64,000 nucleotides of DNA from Candidatus Omnitrophota bacterium (GCA_030650275.1 JAUSEK010000021.1:20106-84105); one strand, 5' to 3'. Positions 8,346 through 18,031 are shown, counted from the stretch's first letter. A program made the numbers and translations. Notes: generated by a model not told the origin, from the letters alone.

Positions 8346-9707
8346 TCAACGATTTTTTAATTCTCTTAACATCCGTTCCCGGTCGAGGCCTATTTTCGCC
8401 ATGGCATCCCCGGGGTCGGCATGGTAATGCCGGCAGAACGTGGTCACTTCCGTGATGGTGTGCGCCCCCTTGTCAGCCAATGTCTTTAAAACCGCCCCCC
8501 TCAACCATGTTTCGTTGATGATGTCCCTGGGGGCCATGCCGCTTTCCTGCGACAACCGGTCGCGGTACACCGTGCTGGGCGATACCGGCATCACGCGCTT
8601 CTGGTCGTAATTGTATTTGAACACATGCGACAAAAGCACCTTCATATTTTCCATCCCGCTGGTTTCCGAGATCTCGTCCACGACACGGAACATCTTGCCC
8701 TCCACGTGATAACGTTTCAGGATGACAAAAACATCCATGAGCGTGATGAGGGACTCGGGGATGTTCATGGGTTCATTGTGCAGGCGCATGATCGCTTCCC
8801 GCGCGCTCAAGGCGTGGATCGTGCCCATGCAGTATTTGCCGATATTGACGGCCGTGATCATGTCCCGCGCTTCCGCCCCCCGCACCTCCCCGACGATGAT
8901 GCGCTCGGGGCGCATGCGCAAACTGTTCTTGACCAGGTCCGAAAGGCTCAATTCATCATCGGTCTCAAGACGCGAGCAGCTGTCTTCCAAAAAAGTATTC
9001 AATTCCAAGGTGTCTTCAATAATGACCAGACGGTCCTTGGTGGGAATAAAACTCAACAACGCGTTGAGCAAGGTGGTCTTGCCTGTCCCCGGTCCGCCGG
9101 CGATGATGATATTGGCCGGCCGGATGGAAAGCCCTTCCAGATACAGCCACAACTGCCCCGCCGCCTCATAACTCATGGTCCCGCGTTTGATCAGATCAAT
9201 GACGCTCAACGGATCCATCTTGGTCTTGGTGATGGTCAATTGCGGCCCCAGCGGCGCGTCAATGATATTGACGCGTCCGGCGAGGTTGGGCAGTTCCAGA
9301 TTGGCGATCTTATGATAACCGGCGCGTCCGGCGAAGACCAGAAGTTTCTGGATGAATAAATGAAGTTCTCTGGAAGAAGCAAAATTGCGCCCGGTCGTGA
9401 TGAACCCTTTTTGGGCGTGGTGGATAAAAACGGGCTTAAGCCCGTTGATGATGATGTCCTCCACCTCGGCGTCGCATAGCAGGTCTTCAACGATCCCGTA
9501 AGAAAGGAAATTCTTGGCAAAATGGCCCTTTTCATTCTTTGAAGGAAAAAGGCCGATGAACGGCTCACCGTCTTTTTGTCCCAGAAGCAGATTGAGGGCA
9601 TGCACCACGATCTCCTGACGCTCGCTTTGGGGCAAAACGAGCGCCATCTTCCCCTTCAATTGCTCCAGTAAAAGTTCTTCCAGGTCCAAAATTTTCTCTT
9701 TGCTCAT
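8346..9707 (-). CDS. CpaF/TadA-family type II/IV secretion-system ATPase (orphan)
   Basis: 453 aa; Walker A IIIAGGPGTGKTTLLNALLSF and RIIVGEVRGAEA, typical of CpaF/VirB11-class ATPases; start overlaps the upstream M16 peptidase stop by 4 nt. Confidence 0.85.
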   Translation of the reverse strand: MSKEKILDLEELLLEQLKGKMALVLPQSERQEIVVHALNLLLGQKDGEPFIGLFPSKNEKGHFAKNFLSYGIVEDLLCDAEVEDIIINGLKPVFIHHAQKGFITTGRNFASSRELHLFIQKLLVFAGRAGYHKIANLELPNLAGRVNIIDAPLGPQLTITKTKMDPLSVIDLIKRGTMSYEAAGQLWLYLEGLSIRPANIIIAGGPGTGKTTLLNALLSFIPTKDRLVIIEDTLELNTFLEDSCSRLETDDELSLSDLVKNSLRMRPERIIVGEVRGAEARDMITAVNIGKYCMGTIHALSAREAIMRLHNEPMNIPESLITLMDVFVILKRYHVEGKMFRVVDEISETSGMENMKVLLSHVFKYNYDQKRVMPVSPSTVYRDRLSQESGMAPRDIINETWLRGAVLKTLADKGAHTITEVTTFCRHYHADPGDAMAKIGLDRERMLRELKNR

Positions 9708-12256
9708 ACGTTCGGTCTTTTCTTGATGATCACGACGGCAGACGTCTGGATGTCCAAATATTTCCTGGCAACCCGCCGGATGTCTTTTTTAGTAACGGCA
9801 TTGATACGCGCGTCAAAATCTTTATGAAAATGATACCCTAAACCGTACAGTTCGTTGAGCGCACTCAATGACGCCAGAGCCGCCGGGGTATCCAGGCCCA
9901 TCTTGAACATCCCTTTCAAATAGGCCTTGGCGCTGTTGATCTCTTCATCCGTGACATCCTCGGCGGCGAGGGCCTGTGCCTGCCGCGTGAGAATTCCTTT
10001 GACAGTATCAATTTTATCTTCCGTCGTCAAGACAAAAAGTGAGAGGATTCCGGCATCCACCCCGGGCGTATAATCCGAACCCACCGTATAGGCCTTGCCC
10101 AATTCATCCCTGACCTTAACGAAAAGCCGCCCGCTCAAACCGGAACCCAACACCGCGTCGATGACTTCCATGGTCCAGCGGTCTTCGTCTTTCAAAACAG
10201 GCGCCTGGAAAGCCATCATCACAACCGCCTGTTCTTTGTCCATGGCCACTGTTTTTTCACGGGTCTTTTGGGGAGGCGATTCCTGAAATTCTTTGAGCAA
10301 CGGCCTGCCTTTAGACAAACCGGAAAACTTTTTCCTGATCTCCTGTATCACGGACGCGGGATCAAAATCCCCAAAAACAGCAAGCACCGCGTTGTCCGCG
10401 CGGACAAAACGCTGGTAGTATTCAATCGCGTCTTGACGGGTGATCTTTTGCACCGACCCCTTGGTGCCCAGAACATCACGGCCGAACGGATGGGTCAAAT
10501 ACAAGGTCTGAAACAATTCTTTAAAACCGACCGAAGCAATGTCATCATCCCTGGCATCAATGTCCGCGGCCATGTTGGTCTTTTCATGTTCTATTTCATC
10601 CATGGAAAAAGAGGGTTGCGCCAACAGGCCCTGCATGGTGTCCAAAGCAAAAGACAGGTCGTCGGACAGGACGTTCATGCTCAAACCGATGCTGTTGCGT
10701 CCGGCAAACCCGGACAAAGAACCGCCCCGGTTTTCCACGTTCTTTTTAACGCCTTTAGTCCAGACCCTGGACACCAGCATGCTTAAACCGGACAGTTCAG
10801 GATTTTCCTGACGGGTCCCGGCATTAAAAACGCAATCCACAGCGATAACCCCGACGCTATGATCTTCTCCCAAGAGAACGGTCAGACCATTGTCCAAAAC
10901 GATCTTTTGGATATTGGACTTTCGCGGTTTTATTTCAACCGTCCCGGAAGCAGGACCGCCCTGCATAGGCCTTAAAACATTGATCGTCAGGTGATCATCC
11001 GTCAAATAGCGCCGGGCCACGCGTTTAATGTCCTCATTGCCGATCTTTTTAACGGCATCCACGTATTTCTTGGAAAAATACGGATCTCCCATCATGGCCT
11101 CGTCGGTGGCCGCCCTATATGCCAAAGAGGATGATGTCTGATTGCCAAATACGAACTGGCTTAAGACCTGGCGTTTGGTCTTTTCCAATTCTTGAGCATC
11201 CAAGCCCGAGCGCTTGACCTGCTCAATAGCGGATCTGGACGCTTGCAGAACAGCGGACAAATGGTCCTTGCTCATCACCCCTTCAACCGCGAACATGCCT
11301 TTGTCCTGGGGAGTAAAATTAAAAGCGGAGATCTCTTCAACCAATTTCTTTTTCTCATAAATATCCTGATAAAGCCGCGAGCCCTCCCCCTGCCCTAACG
11401 CCATGGCCAAAACATCAAGGGCATACAAATCCGGATCGGCGATGCTCACCCCTTGATAGGCCAAAGAAAAACGGATGAGCGGTGTTGCAAAATGGTCTTC
11501 AAAGCGGCGCTGTGCTATCTGCGGCGGCTCCTGCGGGGTATTGCGTTCAAGGTATGGCCTCTGCTTAAGATCTTTGAACGCCTCTTTGATCAAAGGCAGA
11601 ACCTCCGGGCTTCGCACAGGCCCCGCGACAGACAAAATGATATTATTGGGGATATACCGGGACTTGTAATACGCATACAACCCCTCCCGCGTGACACCGT
11701 CAAACAGCGACGGATACCCGATGATCGGATGGCGGTAGGGATGGCGGATATAGACATTCCTGAAAACCAGATCGCTCAAGCGCCGGTCAGGACGGTCATT
11801 GTACAAACGCATTTCTCCGTGGATGACCTCGCGTTCTTTTTCAACCTGGGCAGGATCAAAAGCGGAATTGGCCACCATGTCCGCGATGATGTCCAGCCCT
11901 TGCGCAAAATTGCCCGACGGAAGATCCAGTGTATAAATGGTGTGATCAAAAGAAGTAGACGCGTTGATGGTGCCGCCCAAGGCCTCAACTTCTTTGGCAA
12001 TGGCGCCGACAGGACGCTTGGCCGTGCCCTTAAACAGCATGTGTTCAATGAAATGGGATATCCCGGCGCCTGAATATTCCCCTTCAACCGCCGACCCGGT
12101 CTTGATATAAGCATCAATAGACAGGACTTCGCTGGACGGCATTTCCTGGACCAGAACGGTCATGCCGTTTTCCAGAACTTCTTTGCGGACCTGATCGGCA
12201 TATACGGGTGAAAAGACGGACAAAAACAGCAGGAGAAAAAGCAGGCGTTTGGCCAT
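9704..12256 (-). CDS. Secreted two-module M16 (pitrilysin/insulinase) family zinc peptidase
   Basis: HFIEH inverted zinc motif (HxxEH) after the signal peptide MAKRLLFLLLFLSVFSPVYA; ~850 aa with two M16 halves; the track ORF starts 9 codons earlier (12283). Confidence 0.9.
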   Translation of the reverse strand: MAKRLLFLLLFLSVFSPVYADQVRKEVLENGMTVLVQEMPSSEVLSIDAYIKTGSAVEGEYSGAGISHFIEHMLFKGTAKRPVGAIAKEVEALGGTINASTSFDHTIYTLDLPSGNFAQGLDIIADMVANSAFDPAQVEKEREVIHGEMRLYNDRPDRRLSDLVFRNVYIRHPYRHPIIGYPSLFDGVTREGLYAYYKSRYIPNNIILSVAGPVRSPEVLPLIKEAFKDLKQRPYLERNTPQEPPQIAQRRFEDHFATPLIRFSLAYQGVSIADPDLYALDVLAMALGQGEGSRLYQDIYEKKKLVEEISAFNFTPQDKGMFAVEGVMSKDHLSAVLQASRSAIEQVKRSGLDAQELEKTKRQVLSQFVFGNQTSSSLAYRAATDEAMMGDPYFSKKYVDAVKKIGNEDIKRVARRYLTDDHLTINVLRPMQGGPASGTVEIKPRKSNIQKIVLDNGLTVLLGEDHSVGVIAVDCVFNAGTRQENPELSGLSMLVSRVWTKGVKKNVENRGGSLSGFAGRNSIGLSMNVLSDDLSFALDTMQGLLAQPSFSMDEIEHEKTNMAADIDARDDDIASVGFKELFQTLYLTHPFGRDVLGTKGSVQKITRQDAIEYYQRFVRADNAVLAVFGDFDPASVIQEIRKKFSGLSKGRPLLKEFQESPPQKTREKTVAMDKEQAVVMMAFQAPVLKDEDRWTMEVIDAVLGSGLSGRLFVKVRDELGKAYTVGSDYTPGVDAGILSLFVLTTEDKIDTVKGILTRQAQALAAEDVTDEEINSAKAYLKGMFKMGLDTPAALASLSALNELYGLGYHFHKDFDARINAVTKKDIRRVARKYLDIQTSAVVIIKKRPNV

Positions 12257-12257
12257 T

Positions 12258-12794
12258 TCAGGAAGACCCGCGGTGATATTCATCCAGCAAGCGGCGGATG
12301 TCTGTTGCTGAATTCTTGGCGATCTGCGAGCAGATAAAGATCAATAAAGAGAACGGCCACACGTCCTGGGGCCCCACCAACAGACCGGCCAGGGTGTTTT
12401 CCTGCCTTTGCAGAAGATCGCCGTAATGCCGGATGGCGGCATGCACGTCCCCTTCAAAAACATCAAGAGAATGGGTCTTATTGTCGTATTTCAAAGACGG
12501 CCCCGAACCGCCGCGTACCAGCAAAAAATTAACCATGCTCTCTTCATGAGAAGGATCAAGGCCTTCCAAAGAGAACCCTTCCAGTTGGGGGATGTTGGGA
12601 GGCAGGATCAGCGACGGGCGGTCCACGACCACCTCTCCCTTGCGCACCACGGTATCGCCGGGGTTGATGGATGAAGCGGACAAAAGCACATACGGGACAT
12701 GCGTTTCCTTAAACGTCTGCAGGGACTGGACGCGGGAACGGATGATATCGGTTTCTCTTAAGGCCTTATCCCAGGCATCATGAATGTTCATCAT
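12258..12794 (-). CDS. Hypothetical protein (~178 aa), first gene of an operon with the M16 peptidase and the CpaF-like ATPase
   Basis: The track ORF 12258..12902 runs antisense through tRNA-Ser(CGA); likely start at MMNIHDAWDK (12794). No recognisable motif. Confidence 0.55.
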   Translation of the reverse strand: MMNIHDAWDKALRETDIIRSRVQSLQTFKETHVPYVLLSASSINPGDTVVRKGEVVVDRPSLILPPNIPQLEGFSLEGLDPSHEESMVNFLLVRGGSGPSLKYDNKTHSLDVFEGDVHAAIRHYGDLLQRQENTLAGLLVGPQDVWPFSLLIFICSQIAKNSATDIRRLLDEYHRGSS

Positions 12795-12811
12795 ATAGGT
12801 ATACCGAAAAA

Positions 12812-12899
12812 TGGCGGAGAGGCTGGGATTCGAACCCAGGGCCCCTTGCGAGGCAACGGTTTTCGGGACCGCCGCATTCGACCACTCTGCCACCTCTCC
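12812..12899 (-). tRNA. tRNA-Ser (anticodon CGA), CCA encoded
   Basis: Reverse complement GGAGAGGTGGCAGAGTGGTCGAATGCGGCGGTCCCGAAAACCGTTGCCTCGCAAGGGGCCCTGGGTTCGAATCCCAGCCTCTCCGCCA. Confidence 0.9.
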
Positions 12900-12907
12900 C
12901 AAAGTCG

Positions 12908-13558
12908 TTAATTATACATATCTTCCCTGCTTAAGGGAATCAAATTTGCATAGTACATGAGCCGGGCGATGTCAGACATCTTCAACAAGATGGATATCCT
13001 GCCCAATAATACCCCTTTACCGATCAGATCCTTGACCATCTTTCCCCGGGCCGTCAAAACACGCGGCACAACCGACATAGGCAAAAGGCGGACATGCACC
13101 GTAGGATTATCATTGATAAAACCGGTTTTGATGCCGTATTCCAAAATTTCTCGCAACAGCAAAAGGGTCAGGTTCACTTTTTTTGGATTAACGTCCCGGC
13201 CCTTGGCAAGATGGGCCTTGTAGGATTCAATGACAGCAGGTGTCACCTGGGATAATTTGATCAAATGCGGGTGGTCTTTTTTACAAAAAGCGCTGAAATG
13301 ATTTGCGGTCAGGCGCAGGCGTTCCAATGTTTTGGGGGGATGCTGGCCGGCCGCGTCATTTAAAAACTGTTCAAGAAAAACAGGAAGATCAATATCGCGG
13401 ACAATGGTCAGGGATTCTCCGCCGGCGATCTTGGTTTCAATGTCTTCCAACAACTTTTGGGCAGCGGTCCGATCAGGCCCGGCGATCTGGGAATACAAAA
13501 GTCCCCGGGCGTAGAATTCAACGTAATACGTATTTCCTATTTTACGGACTTGACCCAT
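12908..13558 (-). pseudogene. Truncated tyrosine recombinase / phage-type integrase (arm-binding and core-binding domains present, catalytic domain lost)
   Basis: MGQVRKIGNTYYVEFYARG... then LEQFLNDAAG...TLERLRLTANHFSAFC...VTPAVIESYKAHLAKGRDVNPKKVNLTLLLLREILEYGIKTGFINDNPTVHV, a SAM-like core-binding fold; stops ~35 aa into where the RHRY catalytic domain should begin; flanked by two tRNA-Ser genes. Confidence 0.55.
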
Positions 13559-13578
13559 ATAGAAAGTGAAATAAAAAA

Positions 13579-13663
13579 CGGAGAGGCTGGGATTCGAACC
13601 CAGGGCCCCTTGCGAGGCAACGGTTTTCAAGACCGCCGCATTCGACCACTCTGCCACCTCTCC
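13579..13663 (-). tRNA. tRNA-Ser (anticodon TGA)
   Basis: Identical to the Ser(CGA) gene except for 2 nt in the anticodon loop (CUUGAAA vs CCCGAAA); no encoded CCA. Confidence 0.9.
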
Positions 13664-13799
13664 AATATCATAACACCAATGCTTACAATAACTTATGATA
13701 AATATAATTTCTGTAAATCTTCCTTATTTCGTTTGGTGTCTAAATTGTGACTGTTTGTAAATTCATTATTACCTCTATTATTACCCTCTTTTAGAGGTA

Positions 13800-14840
13800 T
13801 TACCTCTTCTGCCAAACGGCTCCGGGCCCCCGCCCAAGGCATTTAACTTTCTTCGATTTTTGAAGATTACGAAGAACTATTCTGATCATATCCCGACTAA
13901 CCCCAGGACATGCTCTTTCAAGATCCGAAAGGGTAAAATCCTTCTCAAAGGCATTAATAGCCGTTTCAATAAATTCCGTTTTTGATCCTCGTGGGCTTTT
14001 TATTTGCCCTACCCGGCTTTCAAACTCATGGTAAGCCGTTTTAAGAATATAGAGAAGATAATTGATATAGGGCCAAGGGTCATGTTTACCCTCATGCCAC
14101 CCTTGAGAACTCTGTTGCAATGTTTCATAGTAGCGTTCTTTGTTTTGCTCAATAAGCCGTTCAAGGCTAATATAGCGTCCAACCTCATAGCCCAGCGTAT
14201 AACATTGAAGCAAGAGCAATAGCCGCGAAACACGACCATTGCCATCCCGGAATGGATGAATACAAAGAAAGTCGAGATTGAAAGCGCCCAACGCAATCAA
14301 AGGATGAACGCTTTTTTCCTTTAAAGCGTCCTGCCAATATTTGACAAGCTCCATTGTAAAGCCAGGTGTTCTTGAAGGATCTAGAGTTTTAAAACGCACA
14401 CGTTCTCCCCCACCTGGTAATTTCTCAATAATATCTACTTCTTTCTCTTTATATTTTCCGGCATCCCAAATTTCACCACGGCTCATCTGGTGTAACTTAA
14501 GGATTGTTTTTTCGGAAATCGAGACCCCCGTCCCTTCACGATGGATCCAATCAAGTGCGGTGCGATAACAACGCACCTCTTCCTCGCTCCGGTCTTTCAG
14601 ATGGGTCTTGCCAAAAACAACCGTCGCCACACGTTTTTCATCAACAAGCACCCCTTCGATCCTGTTGGAAGAAACAGCGCTTTCAATCAAAGCATGCTCT
14701 CTTAAAACTTTCAGTTTCTGTGGGAACTGTTTGGTAAAAAGCTCCTGCTTTCCTTTTGCCTCCCCCAAATCTGCCAAATACCAGGAGGTGGCTATAGGGA
14801 TGTTCTCTATTTTTTTCTCAAACTGCTGAAAAGTTTTCAT
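13800..14840 (-). CDS. Fic family protein (AMPylase-type, HPFxDGNGR motif) with C-terminal winged helix
   Basis: IHPFRDGNGRVSRLL Fic motif; 346 aa; lower GC; AT-rich spacer to the tRNA-Ser. Confidence 0.9.
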   Translation of the reverse strand: MKTFQQFEKKIENIPIATSWYLADLGEAKGKQELFTKQFPQKLKVLREHALIESAVSSNRIEGVLVDEKRVATVVFGKTHLKDRSEEEVRCYRTALDWIHREGTGVSISEKTILKLHQMSRGEIWDAGKYKEKEVDIIEKLPGGGERVRFKTLDPSRTPGFTMELVKYWQDALKEKSVHPLIALGAFNLDFLCIHPFRDGNGRVSRLLLLLQCYTLGYEVGRYISLERLIEQNKERYYETLQQSSQGWHEGKHDPWPYINYLLYILKTAYHEFESRVGQIKSPRGSKTEFIETAINAFEKDFTLSDLERACPGVSRDMIRIVLRNLQKSKKVKCLGRGPGAVWQKR

Positions 14841-14895
14841 AATATCTTACCTACCTCTCCGATGCAATAGTAACATTCCCCGTCGGTCAAGTCAA

Positions 14896-15498
14896 TCAGC
14901 GAGGAATGAAAAGAACTTTATAGACGTATGTGTAATACACAGCAATGCGGTGGGCCAGGGACTTGATGAAGGCGATGAAGGAGAACTCCGGCAACAGGGG
15001 AATGATGACGGCGGCGAGGATGATGAGATTGGCGGACAGGACCAGCCCGAAAGACACGAGATACTGGCCTTTCATCGGGCTGGGATCCGATTCATAAAGT
15101 TGACGGGCAGTGCCGATGACATGCAGGGCGGCCGCGAATGCCAATAAAAAAAGCACAAGCCGCTCATAAGCGCCATAACCCAGCGCGTTGAGAACCAACC
15201 CCAGACAAATGACCAAGATCGCGTAGATGGGAACGACGGCCCCGGCCATGTCGGCGGACGGCCCCAAAAAAGAAAAGATCTTCGCGACAACGGAGCGGCC
15301 GAACCCATAAACTTCTTTAAAATCATAAAGGAATAAATGCAGGATGGTATAAGCCGCAATGCCCCACAACAGCCATTGTTCTTTATGGACGGGAACGCCC
15401 AAGAACTGGTCCTGGAACGCCAAAACGCAGGCAACGACCAACGGCAGGACCAATAAAAAGAGAAGGAATTTCAGGATGGTCAATAATCCTTGTTTCAC
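14896..15498 (-). CDS. Hypothetical polytopic membrane protein
   Basis: 200 aa with ~5 hydrophobic helices; 4-nt overlap with the serS stop. Confidence 0.6.
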   Translation of the reverse strand: MKQGLLTILKFLLFLLVLPLVVACVLAFQDQFLGVPVHKEQWLLWGIAAYTILHLFLYDFKEVYGFGRSVVAKIFSFLGPSADMAGAVVPIYAILVICLGLVLNALGYGAYERLVLFLLAFAAALHVIGTARQLYESDPSPMKGQYLVSFGLVLSANLIILAAVIIPLLPEFSFIAFIKSLAHRIAVYYTYVYKVLFIPR

Positions 15499-16772
15499 TT
15501 TTTCCTCCCGATACGCTCAACGCCGCCCATGTAAGGACGAAGGACTTCGGGGACAATGACGTCCCCTTCCTTGGTCTGGTAATTTTCCAGAATGGCGGCC
15601 ATGGTCCGCGGCAGGGCAACGCCGGAACCGTTGAGGGTGTGGACGAAAGCGGACTTTTTGCCGTCCTTACCTTTGTAGCGGATGTTCGCCCGGCGGGCCT
15701 GAAAATCCTCAAAATTTGAACAACTGGAGGCCTCCAGCCATTTGTCCAAACCGGCCGCGTACACCTCGATGTCGTAGCATTTGGCGGCGGCAAAACTCAA
15801 GTCACCGCTGGCCAGCAACAACACCCGATAAGGAATACCCAACAATTGAAATATCTTGCAGGCATCAGCCAATAAGGATTCCAATTCCTCATAAGAATTT
15901 TCCGGTTTGACGAATTTGACTAATTCCACTTTATCAAATTGGTGGATGCGCACGAGCCCGCGGGTGTCCTTGCCATAAGAACCCGCCTCCCGCCGGAAAC
16001 ACGTGGTATAAGCGGTGTAATAAAGAGGCAGGTCCTCTTCATTGAGCGTTTCATCACGGTGGATATTAGTGACCGGGACCTCGGCCGTGGGGATCAAATA
16101 AAGATCATCGGATGGCAGATGATACATGTCCTCTTTCATCTTGGGCAATTGCCCGGTCCCTGTCATGGACGCGGCATTGACCAAAACCGGCGGGGACATT
16201 TCGCAATAACCGTGTTCGCGGGTGTGCGTATCCAGCATAAAATTGTATAAAGCCCTCTCCAGCCGCGCCCCGAGGTCTTTATAAAGGACAAAATTGGAAC
16301 CGCTTAATTTCGCGCCCCTTTTAAAATCAATGATGTCCAGCGCTTCGGCGATCTCAATATGCGTCTTGGGTTTAAAATCCGGTTTCGGCGCTTTGCCCCA
16401 ACGGTTGATCTCTTTATTGGCCTCGGCCCCGCCGACGGGAACGGAACTGTGAGGGATGTTGGGGATGCCCAGCAGAATGTCCTGAATTTGCCCTTCAATA
16501 CCCTTGATGACCGGCTCCATGGCATCCACCTTCTGGGCAATGGCCTTCATGGGACCGATCTTCGCCTTAGGATCGCATTTTTCCTTAATGAGCCGGCCGA
16601 TCTCGTCATTGGCAATATTCTTTTTGGCTTTAAGGTCTTCAAGATCAACCAGCAATTTCCGGCGCTGGCTGTCTAGTTCCAAAAGACGGTTGAGATCGGC
16701 CTTGGCGTGTCTGGCCTCAAGGCCGGCCTTGACCTGGTCGGGATTATCGCGAATGAACCTTAGGTCGAGCAT
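15495..16772 (-). CDS. serS: Seryl-tRNA synthetase
   Basis: 425 aa; N-terminal coiled-coil arm; class II motifs (FRRE..., GSG...). Confidence 0.95.
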   Translation of the reverse strand: MLDLRFIRDNPDQVKAGLEARHAKADLNRLLELDSQRRKLLVDLEDLKAKKNIANDEIGRLIKEKCDPKAKIGPMKAIAQKVDAMEPVIKGIEGQIQDILLGIPNIPHSSVPVGGAEANKEINRWGKAPKPDFKPKTHIEIAEALDIIDFKRGAKLSGSNFVLYKDLGARLERALYNFMLDTHTREHGYCEMSPPVLVNAASMTGTGQLPKMKEDMYHLPSDDLYLIPTAEVPVTNIHRDETLNEEDLPLYYTAYTTCFRREAGSYGKDTRGLVRIHQFDKVELVKFVKPENSYEELESLLADACKIFQLLGIPYRVLLLASGDLSFAAAKCYDIEVYAAGLDKWLEASSCSNFEDFQARRANIRYKGKDGKKSAFVHTLNGSGVALPRTMAAILENYQTKEGDVIVPEVLRPYMGGVERIGRKK

Positions 16773-16823
16773 GATGAGTTATGGTAACGCAAACCGACGG
16801 TCGGTGTCAAATCAAAAGCGGGA

Positions 16824-17165
16824 TTATTCGAGGATCAAATTCTTCAGGTTCTCTAATAACGCGTCGCATTGACGGTCACTGAGCTTGCCCAGATGTTGCT
16901 TGAAACGGTGGTTATCAATGGCGCGGATTTGATCGGTCATAATGTCGGAATCAAACGGCAACAAAGATTCTTTGGCAAGGACCCTGACCCTTAAAGGGGC
17001 GGCATCGTTTCTAAGCCTTGAAGTTAATAAACAAACGACTGTGCTTGTATGGATATCATTGATGTCGTCCGTCTGTACGACGACAACCGGACGGGTCTTG
17101 CCCGGCTCTGTGCCAAAAGCCGGGTCCAGATCTGCCAAATAAATATGGAATTTAGATATTTTCAT
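16824..17165 (-). CDS. mazF: PemK/MazF family mRNA interferase toxin
   Basis: MKISKFHIYLADLDPAFGTEPGKTRPVVVVQ..., the typical MazF/PemK N-terminus; 113 aa. Confidence 0.85.
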   Translation of the reverse strand: MKISKFHIYLADLDPAFGTEPGKTRPVVVVQTDDINDIHTSTVVCLLTSRLRNDAAPLRVRVLAKESLLPFDSDIMTDQIRAIDNHRFKQHLGKLSDRQCDALLENLKNLILE

Positions 17166-17398
17166 TCAAGCAGATGAGGGTCTATGCCTTCGATCTCCCG
17201 CAAGAGAGCCAACGAATCCGCTCCGACCAGTCTGGACGCCTTGCGCAATTGCTGGCGCCATTTCCGCTTGCGATTGATCTTATTATAAAATTCCAAGGCC
17301 TTATTAATGTATGCATTGCGGGACAAATGCACCTCTTTCACCACTTCTTCCAGATCTTTAAAAATATCGTCTTTTATCTTCAATGAGATCGCTTTCAT
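17162..17398 (-). CDS. Antitoxin partner of MazF (RHH/MazE-like)
   Basis: 78 aa from MKAISLKIKDDIFKDLEE; strong AGGAGG SD 7 nt upstream; 4-nt overlap with the mazF start. Confidence 0.75.
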   Translation of the reverse strand: MKAISLKIKDDIFKDLEEVVKEVHLSRNAYINKALEFYNKINRKRKWRQQLRKASRLVGADSLALLREIEGIDPHLLE

Positions 17399-17579
17399 TT
17401 TCCCCTCCTGTGGTATCACTAAAAGTATATACCACTTTGAGAGGGAATCAAGAAAAAAATTCGAAGCGTCCGGCGATCGTGTTGCGGCGGAGGAGCGCGG
17501 TGGTCCCCGGGCCTATCAGCGTTCGAACACCTTTAAGCCCCACCGAGGTCCAATGGACGCTTTCGAATAATATCAAATA

Positions 17580-17855
17580 TTAAAGATCATGCCGGCTCAG
17601 GCGATAGCCCTCAAGGACCCTTTCTGAAACCAGGTCTTTGACCTCATCGCTCAAACAGCGCACGCGGTCATACCACTTTTCATCCTTCCCCTGCTCGGAA
17701 GGCATGGACACGAACATTCCCTTCTTTCCTTCAATGACCCTGACCCCCTTAATGAGGATGGCATCATTGACAACGATATCAACAAATGCCTTGACCCGCC
17801 CTTCCGCAAGACGATGGATACTGCCGACCTTGACATCTAAAAGCGTTTCGTTCAT
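17580..17855 (-). CDS. spoVG: SpoVG family protein
   Basis: MNETLLDVKVGSIHRL...AFVDIVVNDAILIKGVRVIEGKKGMFVSMPS matches the SpoVG consensus (..hdirvieg.nGlFVaMPS). Confidence 0.7.
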   Translation of the reverse strand: MNETLLDVKVGSIHRLAEGRVKAFVDIVVNDAILIKGVRVIEGKKGMFVSMPSEQGKDEKWYDRVRCLSDEVKDLVSERVLEGYRLSRHDL

Positions 17856-18031
17856 ATGCCCTCCCTTGGTTGTGAACAAAGCAACGATAACATACATTGA
17901 TTTTTTGTCAAGTCATTTATTTATTAATAGTCAATTTCATGCCATAATATCAAGAATATCAAAATAAAATTGCAAATCCAACAATATATGCTATTCTAAT
18001 GCTATCGTCCATCTCATCCAAAGGGGGTTGT

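Noticed and set aside
12795-12902. N-terminal extensions (MGEVAEWSNAAV..., MAEWSNAAV...) of the ORFs at 12258..12902 and 12908..13657
   Set aside because: These peptides are simply the antisense reading of the two tRNA-Ser genes and start at TTG/GTG; the true starts are downstream of the tRNAs.
17440-17575. Possible SRP (4.5S) RNA
   Set aside because: Only a loose resemblance to the GGAA-tetraloop helix-8 motif; the conserved AGCAGCC/GGCAG asymmetric-loop sequences are not found.
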